Below are positions 39,195-49,989 of a DNA stretch of 64,000 bases, one piece after another. Under the pieces are notes generated by a model, which was given only the letters and a program-made list of their open reading frames with translations, did no database searches and was not told the origin of the DNA. The position numbers were made by a program, and so were the translations under genes. The DNA is from Candidatus Heimdallarchaeum aukensis. Its GTDB lineage: Archaea > Asgardarchaeota > Heimdallarchaeia > Heimdallarchaeales > Heimdallarchaeaceae. The DNA lies in the NCBI GenBank assembly GCA_021513695.1, contig CP084166.1, positions 2,880,001 to 2,944,000 on the forward strand, given 5' to 3'. Each line of letters opens with the position of its first letter. The stretch's first letter is position 1.

Positions 39195-40238
39195 ATGATA
39201 ATAAAAGAAAAAAGGACTTCTTTGATAAAAAATCTTTTTCCTTCACATGTTCCTCAAATATGGTGTCCTCCTCTTACCCATTACAATGAGAATGGAGAGA
39301 TTGATTTTAACAGAATGAAAAAACATATTGAATTCTTGATACCATATATTCACTCTTTTTTAATCCCTGGTTCAACAGGAGATGGTTGGGAATTAAAACT
39401 AAGTGAGTACAAGTCTATTCTTGAATTCATTCACAAAGAATTTGGAACTAAAAACAAGATTAACTTAATCATTGGTTTGTTAAGAGAGGATCCTAAAGAT
39501 AGAATGGAATTTTTAGACCATGCTATAAGTTTCCTTAAAGAGAAAAATATTGAAATCAAAGCAAATGGTTCTAATTTTGGATACTTCAAGGGTTTTGTCA
39601 TATGTCCAAAAAAAGGAAAAGAATTGACTCAAGATGAAATTAAAGAAGATATTATAGAGTTACTCGAAAAAGACTATCCTTTTGTTCTTTATCAACTTCC
39701 TCAAGTTACAGAAAATGAATTAACTCCTGAATTAGTAGAATATCTTGTAAAAAGTTACTATAATGTATATATGCTAAAAGATTCAAGTGGAGCTGATAGA
39801 ATCGCTAACTCCGATAGAGATTATCGCAGTCTAGTGATTTTAAGAGGAGCAGAAGGGAATTATTTTGAACAACTTAAAGTAGTTGGAGGAAGGTATGATG
39901 GTTTTTTACTAAGCACTGGAAATAGTTTTCCTAAAGAACTTTACTCGCTAGTTGATTTAATAAATAAAGGAAAAAACGAACAAGCACAAAAACTTTCAGA
40001 AAGATTAACTAATGCAGTGAATGAAGTGTTTAAACTTGCTCAAACAATCCCGGAAGGAAATGCTTTTACAAATTCTAATAAGCTAATAGATCATTTTAAT
40101 GCCTATGGAGAAAAATGGAGAGACTTTCCAGCTCCTAGACTTCATAGTGGAAAAAGAATTGATGATACTCTATTAGAACAAACTGTAAAAATTCTAATTA
40201 AGTATGAATTTTTGAAAAAAGAAGGATACATGTTCTAA
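39195..40238 (+). CDS. DapA/NAL-family class I aldolase-like protein (dihydrodipicolinate synthase family).
   Basis: LIPGSTGDGWELKLSEY resembles the GTTGE motif. YMLKDSSGA resembles the KxxSG Schiff-base lysine motif in the correct relative position. Confidence 0.5.
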   Translation: MIIKEKRTSLIKNLFPSHVPQIWCPPLTHYNENGEIDFNRMKKHIEFLIPYIHSFLIPGSTGDGWELKLSEYKSILEFIHKEFGTKNKINLIIGLLREDPKDRMEFLDHAISFLKEKNIEIKANGSNFGYFKGFVICPKKGKELTQDEIKEDIIELLEKDYPFVLYQLPQVTENELTPELVEYLVKSYYNVYMLKDSSGADRIANSDRDYRSLVILRGAEGNYFEQLKVVGGRYDGFLLSTGNSFPKELYSLVDLINKGKNEQAQKLSERLTNAVNEVFKLAQTIPEGNAFTNSNKLIDHFNAYGEKWRDFPAPRLHSGKRIDDTLLEQTVKILIKYEFLKKEGYMF

Positions 40239-40270
40239 AAATTAAAGAAAAAAGGAAAAAAGGAAAAAAG

Positions 40271-43162
40271 CTATGCTTTGAACTTTTTGAACTTTTTAGC
40301 TACAATGGCAACTATAGGCAAAGCAATAAATATACTCCACATATTAAAAGGTAAGTCTAATGTTTGTTTATCTTGTGTCGTAGTTGGTTCTGATGGGTCA
40401 GATGGGTCAGATGGGTCAGTTGGGTCAGTTGGGTCAGTTGGGTCAGTTGGTTGGGAATCGGATGAAGCTTGAACTGTTAATGTTATGTTATTTGAATTTC
40501 CATAAGTGTCTGTAGCTGTAATGAAAATAGTGTGTTTTCCTGAAGTAGTTATGTAGTCTTTTAGATTGGCTGAATATGTATCTCCATTACTGTAGGATCC
40601 TGACAAAATTAGTTTTCCATCTATGTAAAATTCGAACCAGTCTGGGTTATCATCGTAGAGGGTGAAAGTAAATTCTTTATCTGTACCTATTATATAGTCA
40701 AAAGGATCTTCTAGGTTTGTGTAAATTTGAGGTGGATTGTAGTCATATTCATAGCTGCTATTGTAACTGTTTACATAAAATGTTATATTGTTATTATTTC
40801 CCCATTGATCAAATGCTTCGATATAAATCTCATAGGTTCCTTCTTCAAAGATATAGTCACTCAATAAGAAATGTTGCTCATTCTCTGGATACCATCCATA
40901 GCCAACATAAGGAACATCAGAAAGAACAAGTGTGCCATTGATGTAAAGGTTGTATATATCAGGATATTCATCCATTATGTAGAAGGTATAGTTGTAATAA
41001 TCACCTATTGTATAATAGCTTACATTGTATATGTTCTCAAATCTAGGTGGGTCAGTTTCTGGTTGGCTAGAAACAACATTAATTTTCCATTCATAATATC
41101 TTTCATTTCCTGAGGTATCATTAGCAAAGAATGATAAAATATGTCCTCCTGTTTCACTAAATAATTCTTTTCCAGTAAAGTAAAGCTCAAAATAGTTCGG
41201 GTCATAGTTTCCTGAAGAAAGAATTACACCATCTAATGTTATTTGGTAATAATCTGGATTTTGCTCATTAATTGTAAAGCTATACCTCTTTGCACTTCCT
41301 AGTTCATAGTAGGTATCTACACTCCATCCTAAACTTGGTTTTTTAATATCTGTTCCTTCGGGATAAGCTTTTACCCAGAATGATTCTTTTTTGTAATTAT
41401 CAAACATATCGTAAGCTATTACAGTAAGATTATGTAAGCCTGTTCCACTGATTAAATCATTAAAATTATAGTAATAAGTATAAAATTCTGAATAATTTCC
41501 TGTGTCATATATAATTCCATCAACGTAAAACTCAAAGTAATTTGGATTTCCATCCTGTACATCAAACCAGAAGTTTTCATTACTTCCTAGAGCCCATTTA
41601 TAAGGTTCTCCCAAATTTTTCCCTTCATACCAAAGCGTATATAGATATGGAGGATCTACATCTGTTCCACTAGGGTAGATAGTTAAAGGAACAATTTTAG
41701 AATAAGTAGTGTTGACTGCGTCAGTAAAAGTTATGTTAACTGTATAGTCTCCAACTGCCCATGTATTACCAATCCATAAATCTAAAGTTTTGTTTCCATA
41801 ACCTCTATAATAGTTTGAATAATATTGTGTTAAATCTGATTGGTTATAATAGAATTTAACTTCTAATTCCCAAATAGTGTCAGAATAGATATAGATGTAT
41901 TTTAGAGATAGATCTATATCTTCTACCCCTTTATATAATTTATTTGTCTCGATTTGGCTCTTCCATTCAGGAATTGGGTATCTATCATCTTCTATCGATT
42001 GGAACCTTACATATGAATTTCCTTTAGCGTCATAAACTATAATTTTGAAATCTTTCCAAGTAGAATCAAGATTATACTCAAAATAATCTGTTGGAACGGT
42101 GTAATATAGATCTGTACTAGAAATGGGCAGACTGTCAACTAAAACCCAACGCCAATAATTATACTTGTAATTCATTACATAGAATTCTAATTTTACAACA
42201 TCTTCTGAGAATTGTAGTGGAAAAGTTATTTCTATTGTGCTATTGGTTATAGGTTTATTCCAGCTGTAATCCTTGAAAGTGAAATAGGGAACAAAGGAAT
42301 TATCACTTGTAGAATAAAAGTTGCTTGCTTTAGTTAAAGTATAAGAGTACTCTGACTTAGTATTTTCTACACGAGTAAAATTAACATAGGTGCCATAGTC
42401 ATCTAAATATTCATAGAAACTGTAAATATAATCATAATGATAGATTTTTTTGAATTCTAGTAAAGTTCCTGTATTATTGTCAACATAGTAATAATACTCT
42501 TCATAATTATAGTTAAGTGTATCAGCATCAACGCCATACCATGAAGAGGTCCAAGAACTTTGCCAAACTTCTGTTTTATAATAATAAACATCTATTTGCA
42601 AAGTAAAAATAACATTATTTACTGTATATTCTCTAGTTTCTTGGCCTATAAATGATGTTTGATAAAAATAATCTAGAGGATCGAAAACTAGATTAGTGTA
42701 ATTGTTTAAAGTTCTATAATATGCATCACCTGAATCCCATGATTCATAGATTTTTTCGTATTCGTAAGTACTACTTTCGTACCAATCATTATTTTGCCAT
42801 CTATAATATGTATTGGCATAGTAATAAGAATAGTTATTGGTACCTGTAGTAACGTCAAAAACCTCAATATAACTTGAACCTAAGTTTGTATTTGTAATAT
42901 TAAAAGCTCGAAAAGAATTTCTTACATCTCTATTGTAGTAAATATTTTGATAAGCATAACTATCTTTATTCTCATCAGGAAGGAATACCTCACTGGTATT
43001 AGTTTCATAAACTCTCTTATAATTATAAATGAATGTATCTCCATTATTTAACTGATAAATCTCTGCATTCACACATGTCGTTTGAAAACTTATGAAAGAA
43101 GTAAATGTAGCAATCAAGATCAAAGCAATAATTAAATTACTTTTCTTTATCAACATAAACAC
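40271..43162 (-). CDS. Large (963 aa) secreted Tyr/Asn/Trp-rich surface protein with a PT/PS repeat linker and C-terminal TM + KKFKKFKA tail. Tandem paralogue A.
   Basis: Signal peptide LIIALILIATFTSFISFQTTCVNA. Repeated modules of about 110 aa begin YPSGTDVDPP, YPEGTDIKKP, SQPETDPP and NPPQIY. C-terminus PTDPTDPTDPTDPSDPSDPSEPTTTQDKQTLDLPFNMWSIFIALPIVAIVAKKFKKFKA. Confidence 0.75.
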   Translation of the reverse strand: MFMLIKKSNLIIALILIATFTSFISFQTTCVNAEIYQLNNGDTFIYNYKRVYETNTSEVFLPDENKDSYAYQNIYYNRDVRNSFRAFNITNTNLGSSYIEVFDVTTGTNNYSYYYANTYYRWQNNDWYESSTYEYEKIYESWDSGDAYYRTLNNYTNLVFDPLDYFYQTSFIGQETREYTVNNVIFTLQIDVYYYKTEVWQSSWTSSWYGVDADTLNYNYEEYYYYVDNNTGTLLEFKKIYHYDYIYSFYEYLDDYGTYVNFTRVENTKSEYSYTLTKASNFYSTSDNSFVPYFTFKDYSWNKPITNSTIEITFPLQFSEDVVKLEFYVMNYKYNYWRWVLVDSLPISSTDLYYTVPTDYFEYNLDSTWKDFKIIVYDAKGNSYVRFQSIEDDRYPIPEWKSQIETNKLYKGVEDIDLSLKYIYIYSDTIWELEVKFYYNQSDLTQYYSNYYRGYGNKTLDLWIGNTWAVGDYTVNITFTDAVNTTYSKIVPLTIYPSGTDVDPPYLYTLWYEGKNLGEPYKWALGSNENFWFDVQDGNPNYFEFYVDGIIYDTGNYSEFYTYYYNFNDLISGTGLHNLTVIAYDMFDNYKKESFWVKAYPEGTDIKKPSLGWSVDTYYELGSAKRYSFTINEQNPDYYQITLDGVILSSGNYDPNYFELYFTGKELFSETGGHILSFFANDTSGNERYYEWKINVVSSQPETDPPRFENIYNVSYYTIGDYYNYTFYIMDEYPDIYNLYINGTLVLSDVPYVGYGWYPENEQHFLLSDYIFEEGTYEIYIEAFDQWGNNNNITFYVNSYNSSYEYDYNPPQIYTNLEDPFDYIIGTDKEFTFTLYDDNPDWFEFYIDGKLILSGSYSNGDTYSANLKDYITTSGKHTIFITATDTYGNSNNITLTVQASSDSQPTDPTDPTDPTDPSDPSDPSEPTTTQDKQTLDLPFNMWSIFIALPIVAIVAKKFKKFKA
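40386..40449. repeat. Tandem 9-bp repeat (gatgggtca x3, gttgggtca x3-4) encoding the (TDP/SDP)n linker of paralogue A.
   Basis: Read directly from the sequence. It is coding and in-frame. Confidence 0.8.
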
Positions 43163-43494
43163 CCCAAAATAAATTTTCTCAGAAATATTATATAAAAATT
43201 ATTTAATATGCAATCGAGTAGAATGCTTGTCTTTATTATCTTCTATAACTTCTTAACTTTGTTTTTTTCTATATTTTTGAAAATTGCTAAAATTGATCAA
43301 TGCGTATTAATTTTAAATTGAATATTGAATAAGTTAAGAATCGAACTTAATATTATCTTTAAACTAACTTAATTTTAATTAATAGAGTTTTTTCAATCTT
43401 ATAATGCCAAACTAAAAAATAGAAGAAATGAATTCTGTTTTAGTTATAGATTCAAAATTAATTCTCGATAAAAAAGAAGAAAAAGTAAGTAAAT

Positions 43495-46338
43495 TTATGT
43501 TTTATACTTTTTGAACTTTTTAGCTATAATAGTTATTACAGGTAAAGCGATAAAAATACTCCATACACTAAATGGTAAATCTATTGTTTGTTTATCTTGT
43601 GTAGTAGTTTCATTAGTATTATCAGAACTTGATTCATAAATTGCTTTTATTGATAATTTTAATTCATTGCTATTTCCAAAAACATCATAAGCAACCATTT
43701 TTATTGTATGTATTCCTTCTTCTGTAATGTAGGTATTAAGGTTAAATGAGATAGTAGTCCCATCAGTGTAACTATCGGTTTTAATCAATTCGTCGTCAAT
43801 GTAGAGTTCATAATAATCAGGATTTGCATCATATAATGTAAATTTCACTGTTTTACTAGTACCTATTACGTATTCAATTGCATGCCAATAGTCCATGTTA
43901 GTATCTATCTGGGGTGCATCATAATCATCTTGATAGGCTTCAGTATAGGCATTAACGTAAATTGTAATATTATTATTGTTTCCCCATTGATCGAAGGCTT
44001 CTATGTAGATTTCATTGGTTCCTTCTTCAAAGATATAATCTCGCAATTGCAAATGTTGCTCATTCTCTGGATACCATCCATAACCTTCATAAGGTACATT
44101 GGAAAGCGTTAGATTTCCATTAATATAAAGATTGTAAGTATCAGGATATTTATCGTTAATGTAGAAGGAAATGTCGTAATAATCCCCAATTCTGTAATAG
44201 TCAACATCATATATATTCTCGAATGTGGGAGGATCAGTCTCCGGTTGACTAGGAACGACATTAATTTCCTTTTCATAATACATTTCATTTCCTGAGGTAT
44301 CATTAGCAAAGAGGGATAAAATATGTCCGCCTGTTTCACTAAATAATTCTTTACCAGTAAAGTATATCTCAAAGTAGTTCTGATCATAGCTGCCTGATGA
44401 AATAATTTCATCGTTTAGTCTAATTTCGTAATAATCAGGGTTTTTCTCATTAAACCAAAAACTATATCGTTCTGCGCTTCCTAATTCATAGTAAGAGTTA
44501 ACATTCCACCATAAATCTGGTCTTTTTAAATCTGTTCCTTCAGGATAAGCTTTTACCCATACTGATTCTTTCCTATAATTTCCAAATTGATCATAGGTTA
44601 TAACAGTAAGGTTGTGCAATCCAACTTCATTAATAAGATCATTAAAGTTGTAGTAATAGTTAATTTGTTCAGAGTAATTTCCTGTATCATATAGAACTCC
44701 ATCAACATAAAATTCATAGTAATTTGGGTTATCATCCCAAGTATTGAACCAGAATTCTTCATAATCTCCGATAGCCCATTTATGTGGTTCTCCAAAATTT
44801 TTTTCTTCATACCAAGGCACATTTAAATCTGGAGGGTCTACATCCGTTCCACTGGGATAGATAGTTACAGGAACAATAGTAGAATAAGTAGTATTGACCG
44901 CGTCAGTAAACGTTATGTTAACTGTATAGTCTCCAACAGCCCATGTACCACCAATCCAAACATATAGTGTCCTATTTCCATAACCCTCATAATAGTTTGA
45001 CCAAAATTGTGTCAAATCTGACTGGTTATAATAGAATCTTGTTTCTACTTTCCAAGTAGTATCAGAATAAATATAAAGACATTTTAAGATCAGTTCCTTG
45101 TCTTCTACTCCTTTATATTCTTTATTTGTTTCTATTTGACTCTGCCAATCGGGAATAGGGTACCTGTCATCTTTTAATGAATAGGATTTTACGAATAAGT
45201 TGCCTTTTGCATCGTAAACTATTATTTTAAAATCTTTATGTATATCATACTGTATATATCCAAAGTAGTCAATTGGAGCGGTATAATTCAACTCTGTGCT
45301 AGTAATTGTTTGACTATCTACTAAATCCCATCTCCAAAAGCCATATTGATAGTTATGCACATAAAATTCCATTTTAACAACATCTTTAGAGAATAGGAAT
45401 GGAAAAGTTATTCCTGTTGTACTATTAGTTATAGGTTGAGTCCAGCTATTGTCCTTAAAAATAAAATATGGGACAAAAGAATTATCACTTGTAGAATAGA
45501 ACTTGCTTGCTTTAGTTAGAGTATATGTTTCAGAATTTTGGTTATTTTCCACACGGGTAAAATTAACATATGTATTGTAATCAGGTAAATATTCATAGAA
45601 ACTATAAAAAATATCATTATGATAATTTTTCTTATATTCTAGCAAAATTCCGGTGTTGTTGTCAACATAGTAATAACATTCATCGTAATTATAGCTGTGT
45701 GCTGTAGTCTCAACATCGTACCATGTCGAATTCCATGTGTCTTCCCACTCATTCATTTTACAATAATATATGTCTACTTGTAAAGTAAATACTTCACCAT
45801 TAACAACATATGTTCTAGTTTCTTGAGAAATGAATGTTGATGCTCCAAAATAACCTATTGGATCAAAAACTAGATCAGTGTAATTATTAAGGGTCCTATA
45901 ATCAGTATATCCCGAATCCCAAGAATAATTGATTATATCTTCATATTCATTTGAATTGTCTTTATACCAACCATCTGAATTCCATCTGTAATATGTGCTG
46001 TTCCAATAATAGATATAATCGGTGGCTCCCGTTGCAACATCAAAAACTTCAATATAGCTTGAACTTAGGTTTGTGTTTGTAACATTAAAAGCCCTAAGAA
46101 AATTATATTCTTCTTTCCTAAAGTGTACAGATTTGTAAGCATAATTTTCCTTATTATCATCTGGAAAGAATATTTCATTTGTATTAGATTCATAAACTTT
46201 CTTATAATTATAAACGAATTTATCTCCATTATTTAACTGATAAATCTCGGCATTTACTCCTACAGTTTGCAAACTTATGAAAGAAGTAAATGTAGCAATT
46301 AAGATCAAAGCAATAATTAAATTACTTCTTCTTATCAA
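43495..46338 (-). CDS. Large (947 aa) secreted Tyr/Asn/Trp-rich surface protein. Tandem paralogue B.
   Basis: N-terminal 60 aa are nearly identical to paralogue A (LIIALILIATFTSFIS...NAEIYQLNNGD). Shared blocks include VTIYPSGTDVDPP, KAYPEGTD, ELFSETGGHILS and YIEAFDQWGNNNNIT. C-terminus TTQDKQTIDLPFSVWSIFIALPVITIIAKKFKKYKT. Confidence 0.75.
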   Translation of the reverse strand: MIRRSNLIIALILIATFTSFISLQTVGVNAEIYQLNNGDKFVYNYKKVYESNTNEIFFPDDNKENYAYKSVHFRKEEYNFLRAFNVTNTNLSSSYIEVFDVATGATDYIYYWNSTYYRWNSDGWYKDNSNEYEDIINYSWDSGYTDYRTLNNYTDLVFDPIGYFGASTFISQETRTYVVNGEVFTLQVDIYYCKMNEWEDTWNSTWYDVETTAHSYNYDECYYYVDNNTGILLEYKKNYHNDIFYSFYEYLPDYNTYVNFTRVENNQNSETYTLTKASKFYSTSDNSFVPYFIFKDNSWTQPITNSTTGITFPFLFSKDVVKMEFYVHNYQYGFWRWDLVDSQTITSTELNYTAPIDYFGYIQYDIHKDFKIIVYDAKGNLFVKSYSLKDDRYPIPDWQSQIETNKEYKGVEDKELILKCLYIYSDTTWKVETRFYYNQSDLTQFWSNYYEGYGNRTLYVWIGGTWAVGDYTVNITFTDAVNTTYSTIVPVTIYPSGTDVDPPDLNVPWYEEKNFGEPHKWAIGDYEEFWFNTWDDNPNYYEFYVDGVLYDTGNYSEQINYYYNFNDLINEVGLHNLTVITYDQFGNYRKESVWVKAYPEGTDLKRPDLWWNVNSYYELGSAERYSFWFNEKNPDYYEIRLNDEIISSGSYDQNYFEIYFTGKELFSETGGHILSLFANDTSGNEMYYEKEINVVPSQPETDPPTFENIYDVDYYRIGDYYDISFYINDKYPDTYNLYINGNLTLSNVPYEGYGWYPENEQHLQLRDYIFEEGTNEIYIEAFDQWGNNNNITIYVNAYTEAYQDDYDAPQIDTNMDYWHAIEYVIGTSKTVKFTLYDANPDYYELYIDDELIKTDSYTDGTTISFNLNTYITEEGIHTIKMVAYDVFGNSNELKLSIKAIYESSSDNTNETTTQDKQTIDLPFSVWSIFIALPVITIIAKKFKKYKT

Positions 46339-46746
46339 CTTAACACCCCAAAATAAAGTTTCTCAGAAATAATATTTAAAAATTACTAATTAAGTAATCG
46401 AGCTGAAATTTTTTTCTATTCTCTTTTTAGAACTTACTAATGATTCTTTTTTCCTTTTTCAGAAAAATTGTTATAATTGGCTGATGATTATAAATCTTAA
46501 AATCGAATATAGATACATTCAGAACTAAAGTTGTAATTATCTTTTAATTGATTTTATTTCATCTCATTCCACTTCATTTAATTTCATTTAATTTCAGTCT
46601 CAATGTTAAGCTAAAAAAGAGAGAATAGGATTCAATTAAAACAATTTTTCTTTCTTTTTTTAAAGCAGAATTTCTTCATTTTCTTATTAGTTTTAAAAAG
46701 TCTAAGATTCAATATTAGTTCTTTTCACTTTTGTTGAAAGTAAGTG

Positions 46747-47712
46747 TCATTTTTTCTTTTCAGCATTTTTTATGGCTACTATTTCTGCAGCTATACTTAT
46801 TGCTATTTCTTCTGGAGTTATACTGTTAATACTTATTCCTATTGGAGAGTGAACTTTTTCTAGCAATTCATCAGATATTCCTTTTTGCTTTAGATTCTCA
46901 AAAAGTTTCTTTTTCTTTGACTTACTAGCCATTAAGCCTATGTATTTGAATTTTTTATGGATAAGTTTTTCTAAAACCAATTCGTCGTACTTATGTCCAA
47001 ACGACATAATAGTTACATACACATTATTTCCTTCTGGTACATATTTTTCTATTTCTTCATAATCTATTACTTTTTTCACATTTGCGTAGTTATTGTTTTT
47101 CATTGTATCGAGATTTTCTCTATTGTCATAAACCGTAATATGGAAATCCAACGTTTTCATTATTCTAGAAAAGGCTAAAGATACATGTCCTCCTCCTACG
47201 ATTATTAATCTATTTCTCAAGCCTATATTTTCTTTAAATGTCCATTTTTCTCCTTCTTCTATGAATTCGTACTGCTTTTCTGACATTTTATCCAGTTCTA
47301 TTTTTAGTCCTTTTTCATTTATTGTAATTATTGCTTGTTCCGCCTTGTTATAAGCGTTTATTATTTTTTGTACTTCACTTTTATCTTTTTCAACTATAGG
47401 AACTATTGCAAACGTTTGTGTTCCTGAGCATACCATCCCTGATTTATGTTCTCCTCCTTTTTCATTATGTATCATAAACTCTTTTTCTGTAGTAAAGTCA
47501 TTTTTTCTTAGTTTTTCTTTCGCTCTTTCTATTAGTTGATATTCCGATAAGCCTCCACCCACTGTTCCTTCTGCTTTTTCTAGTGTTACAAACATTTTTG
47601 CTCCTTCTGCATTGGGAGCTGAACCTTTTCTTTCTATTATTTCTACTAGAACAACGTTTGAGCCTTTTTGAAGCTCAGATAATACACTTTTCCAAAACTT
47701 TTCATCATTCAC
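46747..47712 (-). CDS. xdhC: XdhC/CoxI-family molybdoenzyme maturation (accessory) protein.
   Basis: N-terminal XdhC_CoxI motif VLVEIIERKGSAPNAEGAKMFV...GGGL. C-terminal Rossmann LIIVGGGHVSLAFSRIMKTLDFHITVYD. Confidence 0.75.
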   Translation of the reverse strand: MNDEKFWKSVLSELQKGSNVVLVEIIERKGSAPNAEGAKMFVTLEKAEGTVGGGLSEYQLIERAKEKLRKNDFTTEKEFMIHNEKGGEHKSGMVCSGTQTFAIVPIVEKDKSEVQKIINAYNKAEQAIITINEKGLKIELDKMSEKQYEFIEEGEKWTFKENIGLRNRLIIVGGGHVSLAFSRIMKTLDFHITVYDNRENLDTMKNNNYANVKKVIDYEEIEKYVPEGNNVYVTIMSFGHKYDELVLEKLIHKKFKYIGLMASKSKKKKLFENLKQKGISDELLEKVHSPIGISINSITPEEIAISIAAEIVAIKNAEKKK

Positions 47713-47730
47713 GTTTCATCACTTTAGATT

Positions 47731-49989
47731 TTAAGAATTATTTTCATATAGGTAAAGTAAAAGTTTTTCTGGCGTTAATGGAGCCGAGTAAACCCATTCT
47801 TTATCTTTCCTAAATGCTCTTGTAGCGTTTTTTATAGCAAAATATGCTCCGATTCCGTACATGAATGGTGGCTCTCCTATAGCTTTAGATTTTAAAACTG
47901 CTTCTGGATTTTCTGCATTTTCTAGAAACTTCACCTTTATTTCGGGGGTGAATGGAAGATTTGGTACTTTATACGTTGCAAAGGAATTTGTCAAGATATG
48001 TCCTTCTTTGTACATTAGTTGCTCTATTGTCATCCACCCTATTCCTTGAAGTAACCCTCCTTCTGTTTGTCCTAAATCAACCAGATAATTTATACTCTTT
48101 CCTGCATCATGAACAATTGTTACTTTATCTATTGTATATGTTCCTCTTAAGCAATCTATTGTTACTTCTGTTAATGCTGCTCCAAAAACGTGGTAAGCAA
48201 AGGGTTTTCCTTTCTTTTCTTCTTTGTTAAAGAATATTTTAGGTGTAGCATACAAAGCTTGACTTGAAAGATTTACTCTACTCATGTATGCTGAATTTAC
48301 AAGTTCATTCCAACCTAGTTCTGTTTTCTTTCCTTTAACATATACATAATCTTCTTTTATTTCTATTTCCTCTGGTTGAACTTGAAGTTTCTCAGAAGCT
48401 ACTTTTTTCAGTCTTTCTACCAATCTATTACAAGCTATCTCTGCTGCCTTCCCATTCAAATCAGCCCCTGTACTCGCTGCTGTGGGTGAGGTGTTGATCA
48501 CTCTTGTTGTATTCGTACTTTCTATTCTTATTCTTTCAGGGTCTATTCCGAGAGCTAATGAAACTATGTGTCTAATTTTAACATTTACTCCTTGTCCCAT
48601 CTCTATGGCTCCAGTGCTTACACTTACGCTCCCATCTTTGTAAATATTCACTAGCGCTCCTGCTTGATTTAGAAAAGTACTTGTAAACGAAATGCCAAAG
48701 CAAATTGGCATGATTGAGAGACCTTTTTTCATGTACTTGTTCGATTGATTAAATTCTTCTATTTCTTTTTTCTTTTGTTCAAAATTCGTTTCTTTTAGTA
48801 GTTCTTCGAAGCTTCTTCTTGCATTTGATCTTTCTACTTTTTGCCCATAATGAAACTCGTCTCCTTCATTTAACAGATTTTTCTCTTGTAGAACATGTTT
48901 TGGAACACCCATTACTTCTGCAGCTTTGTCAATGGCTGCTTCTATCAAGAACATTCCTTGTGGTCCTCCGAACCCTCTAAAGGCTGTGAAAGGAGGTAAG
49001 TTTGTTTTACATGGATAACCTGTTACTTTTACATTTGGGATATAATATGAATTAGTAGAATGGAAAAGAGTTCTACTTAAGATAGCTGTTGATAGATCAG
49101 CACTTGCTCCAGAGTTCTGGTAAATAGATGCTTCAAAAGCTATAATTTTTCCCTCTTTTGTTAGACCTATTTTGTAATCACTTGAGTAGGGGTGTCTTTT
49201 TCCTGTCATCTGTATATCTTCTTTTCTGTTTAGAACAAGTTTTACTGGCCTTTTTGTATGGTATGCACCTAAAGCGCAAATAGCTGCCCACTGTGTAGCT
49301 TGATCTTCTTTTCCACCAAACCCTCCTCCTATTCTCTTAACATCTACTTCTATCTTATTCATATCTAAACCGAGTATTTTTGCTGTTGTACCTTGAACAG
49401 TAGTGGGAGCTTGAGTGCTGGAATAGATAAGAATCTTATCATTTTCATCAGGAATAGCTAATGCTGCTTGAGTTTCAAGATAAACGTGTTCTTGTCCTCC
49501 ATTTTCTACTGTTCCTTCAATAATAACATCACATTTTTCCCAAGCTGCATCGACATCTCCATTTGAAAGAGTATTAGATGGAGCAATAAAAAGACCTTTT
49601 TCTGCTGCTTCTCTCGGATCAAAAACTGCAGGAAGTTCTTCATACTCTATTTCTACCAACTTACTTGCATTTTTAGCTTGTTCTTTTGTTTCAGCTAAAA
49701 TTATCGCTATCGGTTGTCCTACGAATTCTACTTCGTCTTCTACTAATAGCACTTCATCTTGAATAATTCGCCCTAATTGATTTTCTCCAGGAATATCTTT
49801 AGAAGTAAGAATCTTGCATACTCCGGGGCTCTTTTCAGCTTTTTCTAAATTTAATTTAACTATTTTTCCGTGAGGAATTGTTGAAGTAAAAACAAATGCA
49901 TGTAACAAATTAGATGGTTCTGGTAAATCATCTACATACAAAGATTCTCCTTTTGTATGAGGAGCTAAAAATTCTTTAATTATTTTCAT
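47731..49989 (-). CDS. Xanthine dehydrogenase / aldehyde oxidoreductase family molybdopterin-binding large subunit.
   Basis: 752 aa. N-terminal a/b-hammerhead (GESLYVDDLPEPSNLLHAFVFTSTIPHGKIV), then Mo-binding domains (GGGFGGKE, ...RGFGGPQG...). Confidence 0.85.
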   Translation of the reverse strand: MKIIKEFLAPHTKGESLYVDDLPEPSNLLHAFVFTSTIPHGKIVKLNLEKAEKSPGVCKILTSKDIPGENQLGRIIQDEVLLVEDEVEFVGQPIAIILAETKEQAKNASKLVEIEYEELPAVFDPREAAEKGLFIAPSNTLSNGDVDAAWEKCDVIIEGTVENGGQEHVYLETQAALAIPDENDKILIYSSTQAPTTVQGTTAKILGLDMNKIEVDVKRIGGGFGGKEDQATQWAAICALGAYHTKRPVKLVLNRKEDIQMTGKRHPYSSDYKIGLTKEGKIIAFEASIYQNSGASADLSTAILSRTLFHSTNSYYIPNVKVTGYPCKTNLPPFTAFRGFGGPQGMFLIEAAIDKAAEVMGVPKHVLQEKNLLNEGDEFHYGQKVERSNARRSFEELLKETNFEQKKKEIEEFNQSNKYMKKGLSIMPICFGISFTSTFLNQAGALVNIYKDGSVSVSTGAIEMGQGVNVKIRHIVSLALGIDPERIRIESTNTTRVINTSPTAASTGADLNGKAAEIACNRLVERLKKVASEKLQVQPEEIEIKEDYVYVKGKKTELGWNELVNSAYMSRVNLSSQALYATPKIFFNKEEKKGKPFAYHVFGAALTEVTIDCLRGTYTIDKVTIVHDAGKSINYLVDLGQTEGGLLQGIGWMTIEQLMYKEGHILTNSFATYKVPNLPFTPEIKVKFLENAENPEAVLKSKAIGEPPFMYGIGAYFAIKNATRAFRKDKEWVYSAPLTPEKLLLYLYENNS

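Noticed and set aside
40386-40449. Short tandem direct repeats that might suggest a CRISPR array
   Set aside because: The unit is only 9 bp with no spacers. It lies inside an ORF and encodes a PT/PS linker, and there are no cas genes anywhere in the window.
43163-43494. Spacer between the tandem surface-protein genes as a possible mobile-element or att site
   Set aside because: It is AT-rich promoter-like sequence with no inverted terminal repeats or integrase. Simple tandem gene duplication explains the arrangement.
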